64,000 nt of DNA, taken from positions 1-64,000 of the IMG/VR virus record IMGVR_UViG_3300033463_000081. The stretch is one strand, 5' to 3'. This DNA comes from a virus. Taxonomy: Duplodnaviria; Caudoviricetes. Under the pieces are notes generated by a model. It ran no database searches, was not told where the DNA came from, and saw only the letters and a list, made by a program, of their open reading frames with translations. The translations under genes and the position numbers were made by a program. Shown here piece by piece: positions 38,445-46,705 of the stretch (its first letter is position 1; the number at the start of each line of letters is the position of its first letter).

Positions 38445-40073
38445 TTGCTTTATCAGCCCTCCAACATAACCCCCGATGAACTGAACGGCACGGGAACGGT
38501 GGACGTGACCGAGGACGTGGTGGTTTCGTGGATAGTCAACGGAACCACCCCCATGCGGGCTTACCAGATAACGTTCTATCAGAACAACGCCGCGTCCACT
38601 CAGGTATATACCACCGGGCAAGTACCGATTGCCCCATTTTGGGGAACAACATATGACGGCACAACAACGCCGTTCAGCGTCACACTGAGCGGACTCGCGT
38701 CCCACGGTCTTGCCAACGGGAACGAGTACAAGATGGTAATCACCCAATGGTGGTCACAAAACCAATATGTATCCCAAGTCACGGCGTCCATCATCGTGGC
38801 GAGAGCCAATCCCGTGGTGACTTTGGGTTCTTATGATGACCCTCTGACAGACAAGGAAGCCACGTTCACGGCGTCCTACTATCAAGCACAGGGAGACGGC
38901 ATCAAGTGGGTGCGCTGGCAGATAGCCTACGCAGACGATACCGCCAATCCCTTCGTGGACACGGGATATATCTACGGCACAGGCCAACTTCAAGTGGGCT
39001 ATGACGGATTCCTCACGGACAACACCTACGCCGTCAAATGCACGGTGGAATCGCAGAACGGAGTTCAGGGTACTACCGGGTGGGTGGACTTTGATGTGTC
39101 CTATACCCTCGCGGCGGCGGCGGGCGGAGCTACAGCCTGTCAGCTTGCGAACTCCTCCTCCGTGTGGGTCAGCTGGGATATGGTGCAGTCGGCGGACGGC
39201 TACTCCATCATGCGTCAGACGGTGGGAGAGAACCGCCTCATCAAGATAGCGGACGTGGAAGCCACAACGGGTCAGCTTCGTGACTACTCCGCACGGTCGG
39301 GCCAGACCTACATCTACTACGTCTTCCCAGAAGGTGCTTTGGCGTATCTGACCGAACCCATGATGACAGACCCCGTGAAAGTCCAATACTGGTATTGGAG
39401 CATCGTAGAGGCGGAGCCTGTGGAGGGAGAGAAGAACACCTACTCCGTCATCGCCGCCTACTACTTCAGATACAACGCATCCGAGGGTCAGTTCTCCAAT
39501 AACAACAACCCTCAGATATCTCAGAACTTCACACGGTATCCGACACGCCAAGGCTCCACCGCGAACTACAAGACGGGTACTTTGGCGGGATATATCGGAA
39601 CAATAGACCGCACGTCCGTGGAATATTCCGACACCATCTCCCAAAGCGAAGCTCTGTTCGCCCTATCCAATACGGAGAACGCCCTGTTCCTGCTCGACCC
39701 CAAGGGTCACTTCATGAGGATACACACGGCGGCGGCTACCACGCTACAGATAGACCACAAGAGCAGAGTTATGCCTCAGACGGTGACGGTATCGTGGGTG
39801 GAGACGGGCAGTACGGACGGAATACACCTCATCATGTACCCCGGCGGAGACTTTTACCCCATCGACCGCGTGATACTGACCACGCTCAGAGTCGATACGT
39901 CCACGGGAAAGCTGATATGGACTACCCCCAACGATTACGAGGGTACAGGCTCGGCTTTGTCGGTGAACGCCAACGGCGTTCTCGTGCAGAACACAAGCGG
40001 TTCGTACAACGCCGCCACCATGACGCTCGACAGCGCCACGGGCATCGTAACAGCCACGCTTCCCGACTCGTAA
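38445..40073 (+). CDS. Distal tail/baseplate protein (Ig/FN3-like)
   Basis: Beta-rich; position. Confidence 0.6.
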   Translation: MLYQPSNITPDELNGTGTVDVTEDVVVSWIVNGTTPMRAYQITFYQNNAASTQVYTTGQVPIAPFWGTTYDGTTTPFSVTLSGLASHGLANGNEYKMVITQWWSQNQYVSQVTASIIVARANPVVTLGSYDDPLTDKEATFTASYYQAQGDGIKWVRWQIAYADDTANPFVDTGYIYGTGQLQVGYDGFLTDNTYAVKCTVESQNGVQGTTGWVDFDVSYTLAAAAGGATACQLANSSSVWVSWDMVQSADGYSIMRQTVGENRLIKIADVEATTGQLRDYSARSGQTYIYYVFPEGALAYLTEPMMTDPVKVQYWYWSIVEAEPVEGEKNTYSVIAAYYFRYNASEGQFSNNNNPQISQNFTRYPTRQGSTANYKTGTLAGYIGTIDRTSVEYSDTISQSEALFALSNTENALFLLDPKGHFMRIHTAAATTLQIDHKSRVMPQTVTVSWVETGSTDGIHLIMYPGGDFYPIDRVILTTLRVDTSTGKLIWTTPNDYEGTGSALSVNANGVLVQNTSGSYNAATMTLDSATGIVTATLPDS

Positions 40074-40085
40074 GGGGGCGATGAA

Positions 40086-41393
40086 TTGTCAGATTATCAG
40101 AAATATCTCACGCAACTACGCGGGGAATTTACCAAGATAGCACGGCTTGAGTTCCTCAACCCTGACGGCACGGTGGCGTATGTCCTCGACAACAACGCCA
40201 CCAACCGAAGGTCTGGAGCGTTTCTCCAGTCGGGAACCATCTCCTGCAACAGACAGAACGGCAAGCGCCGCCAAGCATCCGTGACCCTCGTGAATCTCGA
40301 CAGTGAGTACGAATACGCCGTCAACCACATTTGGTTTGGACAGCAGATACGATTGTCAGAGGGAATCATACTCGATGACGGAACGGAGTATTACATCCCC
40401 CAAGGCGTATTTGAGATAGAGAATCCGCAGGAGGCATTGAAGCCTAGTCAGAACACCGTGACCTACAACCTCGTGGACAAGTGGGCGAACCTTGACGGTA
40501 CGCTCTTCGGAAACCTTGAGGACGTGTACGAGGTGCAGGCGGGAACCAACATCTTCTCAGCCATAGCCGCCCTCCTACGCCTCGACAAATACACGATGGA
40601 GAACAGCGGGACGCACCCGGTTGACCCCATCGCTCCCCTGTTCACGGACTACTACAATGACAAGTCCCAGACGCTGACGGACGGCACGGTGGTATCGCTC
40701 ATAGAAGCGCCCTACGATTTCCTATCCGAAAGCGAGGGGACTATGGCTGATGTAGTCCTCGGACTCAATGAGATGATAGCCGGGGACATAGGCTACAACC
40801 AAGTCGGACGGCTCGTCATCAATCCCTCTCAGGACGATATCCTCGACAACGATAAGCCTATCCTGTGGCAGTTCGAGGAAGGGGACAAGACATTCCTCAA
40901 TATCGAATCTTCACCCAAACCCACGAACGTATACAACGACGTTATCGTGGTGGGAGCCACATCGGACACCAACGAGACGGCAAAGGGCAGAGCGCAGAAC
41001 AGAGACCCGTCCTCGTCCACCTGCATCAGCCGTATCGGTCTGAAGACCATTCGCATCCCCATGCCGAACTACTACTCAGACCAGATGTGTCAGGACTACG
41101 CAGAGTGGCAACTGAAGAGATACTCGGTACTGTCCAAAGAGGTCACGATATCCTGCACACAGATGTTCCACATAGTCGAGAACGAACTCATCACGCTACA
41201 GAGACCAGACAAGCCCGGAAACCCGGCGGAACGGCATCTCGTCACGGGCTTTTCCCGACCGATAGGACAGACGGGAGCCATGACCATCAACTGCGTGTCG
41301 GTCAATGACATACCGCTGACTCTGATGCCGAGTACACAGACGGTCGTGTATTTCCTCTCCGATGAGATTTACGCTGCTGAAGCATACGCATAA
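40086..41393 (+). CDS. Baseplate hub/Tal-like tail protein
   Basis: YIPQGVF; VYNDVIVVG; position. Confidence 0.6.
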   Translation: MSDYQKYLTQLRGEFTKIARLEFLNPDGTVAYVLDNNATNRRSGAFLQSGTISCNRQNGKRRQASVTLVNLDSEYEYAVNHIWFGQQIRLSEGIILDDGTEYYIPQGVFEIENPQEALKPSQNTVTYNLVDKWANLDGTLFGNLEDVYEVQAGTNIFSAIAALLRLDKYTMENSGTHPVDPIAPLFTDYYNDKSQTLTDGTVVSLIEAPYDFLSESEGTMADVVLGLNEMIAGDIGYNQVGRLVINPSQDDILDNDKPILWQFEEGDKTFLNIESSPKPTNVYNDVIVVGATSDTNETAKGRAQNRDPSSSTCISRIGLKTIRIPMPNYYSDQMCQDYAEWQLKRYSVLSKEVTISCTQMFHIVENELITLQRPDKPGNPAERHLVTGFSRPIGQTGAMTINCVSVNDIPLTLMPSTQTVVYFLSDEIYAAEAYA

Positions 41394-41407
41394 AAGGGGG
41401 AAAAATT

Positions 41408-41962
41408 ATGATAGATTCCGTTATCGCGGGAACCGGCAACAGCCGATACCTGCGAACAAGCATCTCCGCAAGCACGACATGGGAAGACGCCCTGACGATG
41501 CTTCGTGCAGGCACGTTTCCCATCGACCTCGCGGGGATAAACCTCGCTGGGTTCACCACGCTCGGCACGGCACTGAACTCCGATACTCTGCTGAAAAGCG
41601 CCGTCATCACAGCACTTGGATTGGATGCAGACGCTACTCCCAGCGACGCATGGGAAGCAATCATCGAAATGATAGAGAACATGAGTACGATGACTGCTTC
41701 AATCACGCTATCCTCCGCATCATGGAGCGGAAGCAACCCATACGCTCAGACCGTGACCATATCAGGCTACACGGTGACGGCAAACACGAGGGTGGACATC
41801 ACCTGCAACTACTCCACAATAAACTCGCTGGCGCAGGACGGTGTGAGTGCCATCTACGCAGAGAACAACAGTGGGACAATCACAGTATATGCGGTCGGTG
41901 CGGCCCCAACGTCTAACATTACCGTAACGGCCACGATATATGAGACCAAAGCGGTAAGTTAA
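41408..41962 (+). CDS. Minor tail protein
   Basis: C-terminal domain WSGSNPYAQTVT...DGVSAI...GAAPTSNITV is paralogous to the next gene. Confidence 0.6.
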   Translation: MIDSVIAGTGNSRYLRTSISASTTWEDALTMLRAGTFPIDLAGINLAGFTTLGTALNSDTLLKSAVITALGLDADATPSDAWEAIIEMIENMSTMTASITLSSASWSGSNPYAQTVTISGYTVTANTRVDITCNYSTINSLAQDGVSAIYAENNSGTITVYAVGAAPTSNITVTATIYETKAVS

Positions 41963-41982
41963 AAGGACGGTGATGACAACAT

Positions 41983-42342
41983 ATGGCTTACACTAAGGAC
42001 ATTTCCCTTATCACGCTCCTGATGGCGAAGAACTATACGGAGAGATATGTCGAAGACCATCAGGGCATAGCGGCATCCGCAAAGGTAGGAACGCTGACAA
42101 TAGGAACCACATGGAGCGGAACCGACCCGTTTACGCAGAGCGTGACCACATCGTACACCACTACTGATAAGACGGTCGTGGACATTCAGCCAGACCCAAC
42201 CATCGTAGAACAACTGGTCAAAGACGGCGTATCCCAAATCATCATCAAGAATGACAACGGTGCGCTGACCGCCTACGCATTCGGCGCAAAGCCAAGCACA
42301 TCCCTTACAATATCTGTACTTTATTCGGAGGTGACTACTTAA
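41983..42342 (+). CDS. Minor tail protein (paralogue of the upstream C-terminus)
   Basis: WSGTDPFTQSVT...DGVSQI...GAKPSTSLTI. Confidence 0.6.
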   Translation: MAYTKDISLITLLMAKNYTERYVEDHQGIAASAKVGTLTIGTTWSGTDPFTQSVTTSYTTTDKTVVDIQPDPTIVEQLVKDGVSQIIIKNDNGALTAYAFGAKPSTSLTISVLYSEVTT

Positions 42343-42343
42343 T

Positions 42344-44386
42344 ATGTCTACTTTTGGCAACCCCATTGTAGCAAGCCCCAACCTGCTGCCGTCTATGGCT
42401 GATGTGTTCTCTACATCGACGGCGTACAGTGCGGGTCAATATGTATATTACGGCGGTAAACTGTACCAGTTCACGGCCAATCACGCAGCTGGTGCGTGGG
42501 TAGGAACGGACGCCACGGCGGTCAAGCTGGCGAACGACGTAAGTAACTTAAAGAGCGCAATTAGTGACCTTGACACCGCAGTAGACAACCTTGAGGCCAC
42601 TAAAGCAGACAAAGGCTCCGATGACCCCGAAGCGGCGGTCGGCACGGCTGAACAGGTCATGTCCGATGCGGGAGTGACCGACAAGGTGCCGTATCTGTTC
42701 CGCAAGTCGGCGGGTGACGGTGCGAACCGTGAGCGGGATTCCATTGTCGGCGGCACGGTGGCGTGGAATCAGCTTCTGCAAAAAAGCACCTTCTCTTATA
42801 CGGGCGGTGATTGCACAACGGACGCAGACGGGGTTGCGACCTTTACTGCTTCTGCGAGTGGGCAACAGGCATACAGAAGTGTTACATGTTACGCAACCCA
42901 TGTGATACTTGTATCCATTACCTTCAAAACAACTACAGCATCGAGCTACGTTAGGATGAGGGCGTTCGCCAACGATGTTGCTAGTATCGCAACGACATCT
43001 TGGCAGACTGGTTATTCCATGTATAAACCACCCAATAGCGGGAACCAAACTGTTGGCGTGATTGACCGCCGAGAAAGCGGGTGGGATGCAATAACCATCG
43101 ACCCGCCAATGGTGTTTGACCTCACCCAAATGTTTGGCTCCACCATAGCCGACTACATCTACACGCTTGAATCGACCGAAGCGGGTGCGGGAGTGGCCCT
43201 GTTCCGTTCCCTGTTCCCCGCCCCGTACTACGCCTACAACACAGGAGAACTGAAGTCCGTCACGGGTCTGTCGGCTCATGTCATGCGTGGGTTTAACCAG
43301 TGGGATGGTGAGTATGAAAAGGCCACAATCAACTGGACAACATACATCTTCACTCCCAACGCATCGGGGAGATGGTCGTCGAAGAATTATATCCCTGTAA
43401 TTCCCGACACCGCATATTATATCACCCATACGTCCAATAATGTTGTCTGCGGCTATACCGACAATCAAGGCAACGGTGGCAGGGCGTTGACCGTAAGCTC
43501 CCATCTTTTCACCGTTCCGTCCGATGTGCATTTCATCAAATTCGGCATCAATGAAACCGCACAGCCGACAGACGTTTGCATCAACATCTCCAACGCCGCT
43601 TTGAACGGCACATACGAACCCTATGACGGTCACAGCTACCCGCTTGACTCCGACCTTACTCTCCGTGGTATCCCCAAACTGGACGCAAGCAATAACCTGT
43701 ACTATGACGGCGACACCTATGCCGCTGACGGTACGGTGACAAGGAAGTATGCCATTGTTGATTTGGGGAGTTTGAGTTGGTCAACCACTTCTTCAGGGAA
43801 TCATTATGCGGGAATAGATAACCCACAAAAACTTGGAAATGCCGTGATTGCACACGCTGTATGCGGGAGGTATGTTGCGTCATCTCCAAGCGGATATGGG
43901 TCTATTGACAAGGCGTTTGCGATAGGAATGAATGGAACCAACAGCGTGTACATTCATGACAGCACATATGATAATGTCGATGCCGCCACATTCAAAACCG
44001 CAATGAGTGGTGTGTACCTTGTCTACGAACTCGCAACCCCGACAACCGAATCCGCTGACCCGTACAACCCCATTCAGATTGTAGACCCCAACGGAACGGA
44101 AGAATACGTTTCCACAGGCATCGTTCCTGTCGGGCACGATACGTTCTACCCCGAAAATGTGGCGGCGAAGATTGCGGGTCTACCTTGGAACTTTGCGAAT
44201 CTGATTGCCTACACCGAATCGGGATTCACTGCAAGCAAAGCCTATTCCGCAAACGATTTCCTTATCATCAACAATCAGCTTTACAAGGCCACAACGTCCA
44301 TCGCAAACGGTGCGACTATCACCGTAGGAACGAACGTCACGGCAACAACCATCGGTGAGCAAATCACCGCAATCCTTAATTCTTAA
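42344..44386 (+). CDS. Tail fibre/receptor-binding protein
   Basis: 680 aa; CBM5/12-like repeats at both ends (FSTSTAYSAGQYVYYGGKLY; FTASKAYSANDFLIINNQLY). Confidence 0.7.
   Translation: MSTFGNPIVASPNLLPSMADVFSTSTAYSAGQYVYYGGKLYQFTANHAAGAWVGTDATAVKLANDVSNLKSAISDLDTAVDNLEATKADKGSDDPEAAVGTAEQVMSDAGVTDKVPYLFRKSAGDGANRERDSIVGGTVAWNQLLQKSTFSYTGGDCTTDADGVATFTASASGQQAYRSVTCYATHVILVSITFKTTTASSYVRMRAFANDVASIATTSWQTGYSMYKPPNSGNQTVGVIDRRESGWDAITIDPPMVFDLTQMFGSTIADYIYTLESTEAGAGVALFRSLFPAPYYAYNTGELKSVTGLSAHVMRGFNQWDGEYEKATINWTTYIFTPNASGRWSSKNYIPVIPDTAYYITHTSNNVVCGYTDNQGNGGRALTVSSHLFTVPSDVHFIKFGINETAQPTDVCINISNAALNGTYEPYDGHSYPLDSDLTLRGIPKLDASNNLYYDGDTYAADGTVTRKYAIVDLGSLSWSTTSSGNHYAGIDNPQKLGNAVIAHAVCGRYVASSPSGYGSIDKAFAIGMNGTNSVYIHDSTYDNVDAATFKTAMSGVYLVYELATPTTESADPYNPIQIVDPNGTEEYVSTGIVPVGHDTFYPENVAAKIAGLPWNFANLIAYTESGFTASKAYSANDFLIINNQLYKATTSIANGATITVGTNVTATTIGEQITAILNS
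42541..42569 (+). repeat. Putative recombination site A (in the tail-fibre ORF)
   Basis: AAGTAAC-TTAAAGAGCGCA-ATTAGTGACC. Confidence 0.55.
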
Positions 44387-44405
44387 TTTTACGGAGGGTT
44401 AAACA

Positions 44406-44660
44406 ATGAAACTTGCCATTATCGAGTGCGTAAACGGGAACTATGTTGTGCGGGCCGAGGGCATCGCTTCTGTCGAAGCCGCCAAGACGCAGTACCACGG
44501 GAGAGCGCAGGCTCTTTGGAACGCTCCCGATGTGCTGACCGCCTACATCGCCATTGTCGATGAGCAGTTGGATGTGGTCGAGGGCATGAAAGAGTACATC
44601 CATCATGACCCGACTCCTGCTCCCGAACCCGAAGAGGAAGAGCCTGTCGAGGGAGAGTAA
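44406..44660 (+). CDS. Small acidic protein after the tail fibre
   Basis: GGAGG RBS. Confidence 0.65.
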   Translation: MKLAIIECVNGNYVVRAEGIASVEAAKTQYHGRAQALWNAPDVLTAYIAIVDEQLDVVEGMKEYIHHDPTPAPEPEEEEPVEGE

Positions 44661-44848
44661 TGGACTACACCGAACTGGTGCAGGAATTGCGGGGCAACAA
44701 TTCCCCGCTTACCGACAAGGCCGCTGACGCAATCGAAGAACTGATTGCTGACCTTGAACGTGCGGAAGACTATGCCGAAGCATGGGAAGGGCTTGCCAAC
44801 GATTGCAAGGAAAAGTTTGTGGCGTTTGTCGAGAAGATGAAGCGGTAA
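44660..44848 (+). CDS. Small coiled-coil protein (AADAIEEL family)
   Basis: TAATG coupling. Confidence 0.6.
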   Translation: MDYTELVQELRGNNSPLTDKAADAIEELIADLERAEDYAEAWEGLANDCKEKFVAFVEKMKR

Positions 44849-44903
44849 CGATTTGGCATGATAGTAAAACAGATTTCATGCTATCTATACGGAATCACGC
44901 ATA

Positions 44904-44941
44904 AACACTTTCGGAATTTCTTTATAGAAAAAGGGAAGTGT
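44904..44941. terminator. Hairpin
   Basis: AACACTT...TTTCT-TTAT-AGAAA...AAGTGTT. Confidence 0.45.
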
Positions 44942-44986
44942 TGCGGGCTTGGATTCGCAGTATGTGACGGGTGCAGATTCAAGCGC

Positions 44987-45015
44987 AAGTAACGATTCGG
45001 CCCATATTAGTGACC
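44987..45015 (+). repeat. Putative recombination site B
   Basis: AAGTAAC-GATTCGGCCCAT-ATTAGTGACC. Confidence 0.55.
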
Positions 45016-45033
45016 ATCCATACGCATACATAC

Positions 45034-45150
45034 ACACTTGTTTAATAGCGGTCTGACAAGTGTTTCCCCACGATTCGGGGAGTGACCGAGTGCTGACCGC
45101 TAAGTTGAACTCGTCATTGGGCGTGACGAGGGTAATATAAATAAAGCCCA
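45034..45150. ncRNA. Candidate pseudoknotted ncRNA or ssDNA structure
   Basis: Three stems plus an 8-bp loop pairing TAGCGGTC/GACCGCTA. Confidence 0.5.
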
Positions 45151-45151
45151 T

Positions 45152-45188
45152 AAGAAGAGAGGGACTACCCTCAATAGTCCCTCTTCTT
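45152..45188. terminator. Bidirectional hairpin at the RHH1 3' end
   Basis: AAGAAGAGAGGGACTA...TAGTCCCTCTTCTT. Confidence 0.7.
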
Positions 45189-45368
45189 CAGAAACTCATC
45201 AACAGCCCTCTGAATCACCCATGACCTTGGACGATCCTCTTCCTTGCAGAACTTGTCCAGTCGGGTGAGGATACTGGGCGGCATCGTGATATTGAGCCGC
45301 AGGAAAAGACCCTCATCTTCCTTGCTGACCTCAATGCCACGGAGCGACCTACCTCCGTTGATTCCCAT
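45171..45368 (-). CDS. Ribbon-helix-helix (CopG/Arc-like) protein 1
   Basis: RLNITMPPSILTRLDKFCKEEDRPRSWVIQRAVDEFL; AAGGAGG RBS. Confidence 0.85.
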   Translation of the reverse strand: MGINGGRSLRGIEVSKEDEGLFLRLNITMPPSILTRLDKFCKEEDRPRSWVIQRAVDEFLKKRDY

Positions 45369-45426
45369 ACAGACACCTCCTTATTGATAGATTAACATCC
45401 ATGTCAATGGAGATGTATGCGGACTC

Positions 45427-45453
45427 AACTTTACGAGGCCCAAATTAATAACC
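45427..45453 (+). repeat. Putative recombination site C
   Basis: AACTTTACGAGGCCCAAATTAATAACC. Confidence 0.6.
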
Positions 45454-45477
45454 ACTGACTTACACTGGTGTACACCG

Positions 45478-45804
45478 ATGGAGAAGAGCAACATGGCAGA
45501 GTACGTCAACCGTGAAGAAATTCTTGCAGAGTATGACCGACAGCATCAAGGGCCTGCGGGCGGGGCAAGAAAGATAATGGCAGAATGGCCCGCCGCTGAC
45601 GTTGCTCCTGTTCATCACGGAAAGTGGATACCCGCAAAAACGAGATTTGCCTCATTGGGTGGTGACCCAGTATGGCAGTGTTCAGAGTGCGGTAAAGGCA
45701 TCCACACTTACGGAATCGAACACGCATTATACAACGCCAACATCGCAGACGGACAATGGAAATACTGCCCCAATTGCGGCGCAAAGATGGACGGTGAGAG
45801 GTGA
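45478..45804 (+). CDS. Zn-ribbon phage accessory protein
   Basis: MAEYVNRE...ADVAPVHHGKWI...CSECG...YCPNCGAKMD (likely start 45493). Confidence 0.75.
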   Translation: MEKSNMAEYVNREEILAEYDRQHQGPAGGARKIMAEWPAADVAPVHHGKWIPAKTRFASLGGDPVWQCSECGKGIHTYGIEHALYNANIADGQWKYCPNCGAKMDGER

Positions 45805-45841
45805 TGCTCAGTGTACCCGGACTCGTTCCCCGTATGTGAGT

Positions 45842-45878
45842 AGAAGAGAGGGGCTACCCCTCAGTAACCCCTCTTCTT
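45842..45878. terminator. Bidirectional hairpin at the RHH2 3' end
   Basis: AGAAGAGAGGGGCTA...TAACCCCTCTTCT. Confidence 0.65.
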
Positions 45879-46046
45879 CAACCATTCATCAAGCGCACGT
45901 TGGATAACCCACGAGCGGTTGCGATCTTCCTCTTTCATGAATCTCTCCAATCGCTCACGGATGGAATTAGGCAAAGAGATATGCAAATCGGTAAACCCCG
46001 ACATATCTTCGATGCCCCTCAGATTGCGGCCTCCATTGATGCCCAT
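45861..46046 (-). CDS. Ribbon-helix-helix protein 2
   Basis: DLHISLPNSIRERLERFMKEEDRNRSWVIQRALDEWL; paralogue of RHH1. Confidence 0.85.
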   Translation of the reverse strand: MGINGGRNLRGIEDMSGFTDLHISLPNSIRERLERFMKEEDRNRSWVIQRALDEWLKKRGY

Positions 46047-46092
46047 CGGCAAACACCTCCTACCACTATTGTACGGCGGCTGTCAATGAGTG

Positions 46093-46130
46093 CCAGTGAT
46101 AGCCAGTGAAATCCAGTGATAGCCAGTATT
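46093..46130 (+). repeat. 10-bp tandem repeats (operator-like)
   Basis: CCAGTGATAG CCAGTGAAAT CCAGTGATAG CCAGTATT. Confidence 0.8.
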
Positions 46131-46131
46131 C

Positions 46132-46158
46132 AACTTTGAGAGGCCCAAATAAATTACT
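46132..46158 (+). repeat. Putative recombination site D
   Basis: AACTTTGAGAGGCCCAAATAAATTACT. Confidence 0.6.
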
Positions 46159-46185
46159 TGTGTTCAACCGAAAGGGGAGCTTTTT

Positions 46186-46683
46186 ATGGGTAATGATGAG
46201 AAGAAAATCGAATCTGTAAAGCTCCCCTCCGGCTGTGTTGGGCTGTGGGAGACTCCGACTATCGGAACAAAATCCTACCTGTACACGTCACCGGCAAACA
46301 CGATGGCGCAGAACCAAAAGGTCGTAGACCGAGAGAACTGCGCACTGTGGTGGCCATATGGGAAAGGTCACGCCGTCTGCGACCATGCGGACTCTGTTCT
46401 CCCCGGAGGGCTGTGGCGTGTTCAGGATATAACCGTAGAGGACAACGCCACGCTCACACTCCCAGACGGAACGAGGAAATACTACACCTGCATGGGCCTG
46501 CTCAGATGCAGACGGAGACCTCGTGACTACGCATGGAACAATGCGCCCTTCGCCCCAGTCGCAAAGGAAGACGTGGTGTGCATCTGCTGTGCCAACAACA
46601 GCGGCAGTGAAGTGTATGTCGCCTATTTCAAACACAATTTCACAATAAAATCAAGCTCAACCATTGAGAGTATAAAAAAATAA
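46186..46683 (+). CDS. Sortase-like protein (no membrane anchor)
   Basis: G....P.IG...LY, AVCDHAD, VVCICC spacing resembles the sortase His/Cys motifs. Confidence 0.45.
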   Translation: MGNDEKKIESVKLPSGCVGLWETPTIGTKSYLYTSPANTMAQNQKVVDRENCALWWPYGKGHAVCDHADSVLPGGLWRVQDITVEDNATLTLPDGTRKYYTCMGLLRCRRRPRDYAWNNAPFAPVAKEDVVCICCANNSGSEVYVAYFKHNFTIKSSSTIESIKK

Positions 46684-46704
46684 GGGGAGGGTTCCCCCTC
46701 CCCT
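46683..46704. terminator. Hairpin at the recombinase 3' end
   Basis: AGGGGAGGG-TTCC-CCCTCCCCT. Confidence 0.7.
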
Positions 46705-46705
46705 C

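Noticed and set aside
42344-44386. Diversity-generating retroelement or retron acting on the tail fibre
   Set aside because: No reverse transcriptase and no TR/VR pair seen in the window.
44885-45151. 88-aa minus-strand ORF downstream of RHH1
   Set aside because: No RBS, lies beyond the terminator hairpin and overlaps the structured element.
46093-46130. CRISPR-like array
   Set aside because: Contiguous 10-bp units without spacers; no cas genes.
45427-46186. In-frame fusion of the tail-fibre N-terminus to C or D cargo
   Set aside because: In the GGCCCA register both give early stops, and the cargo genes have their own RBS and ATG.
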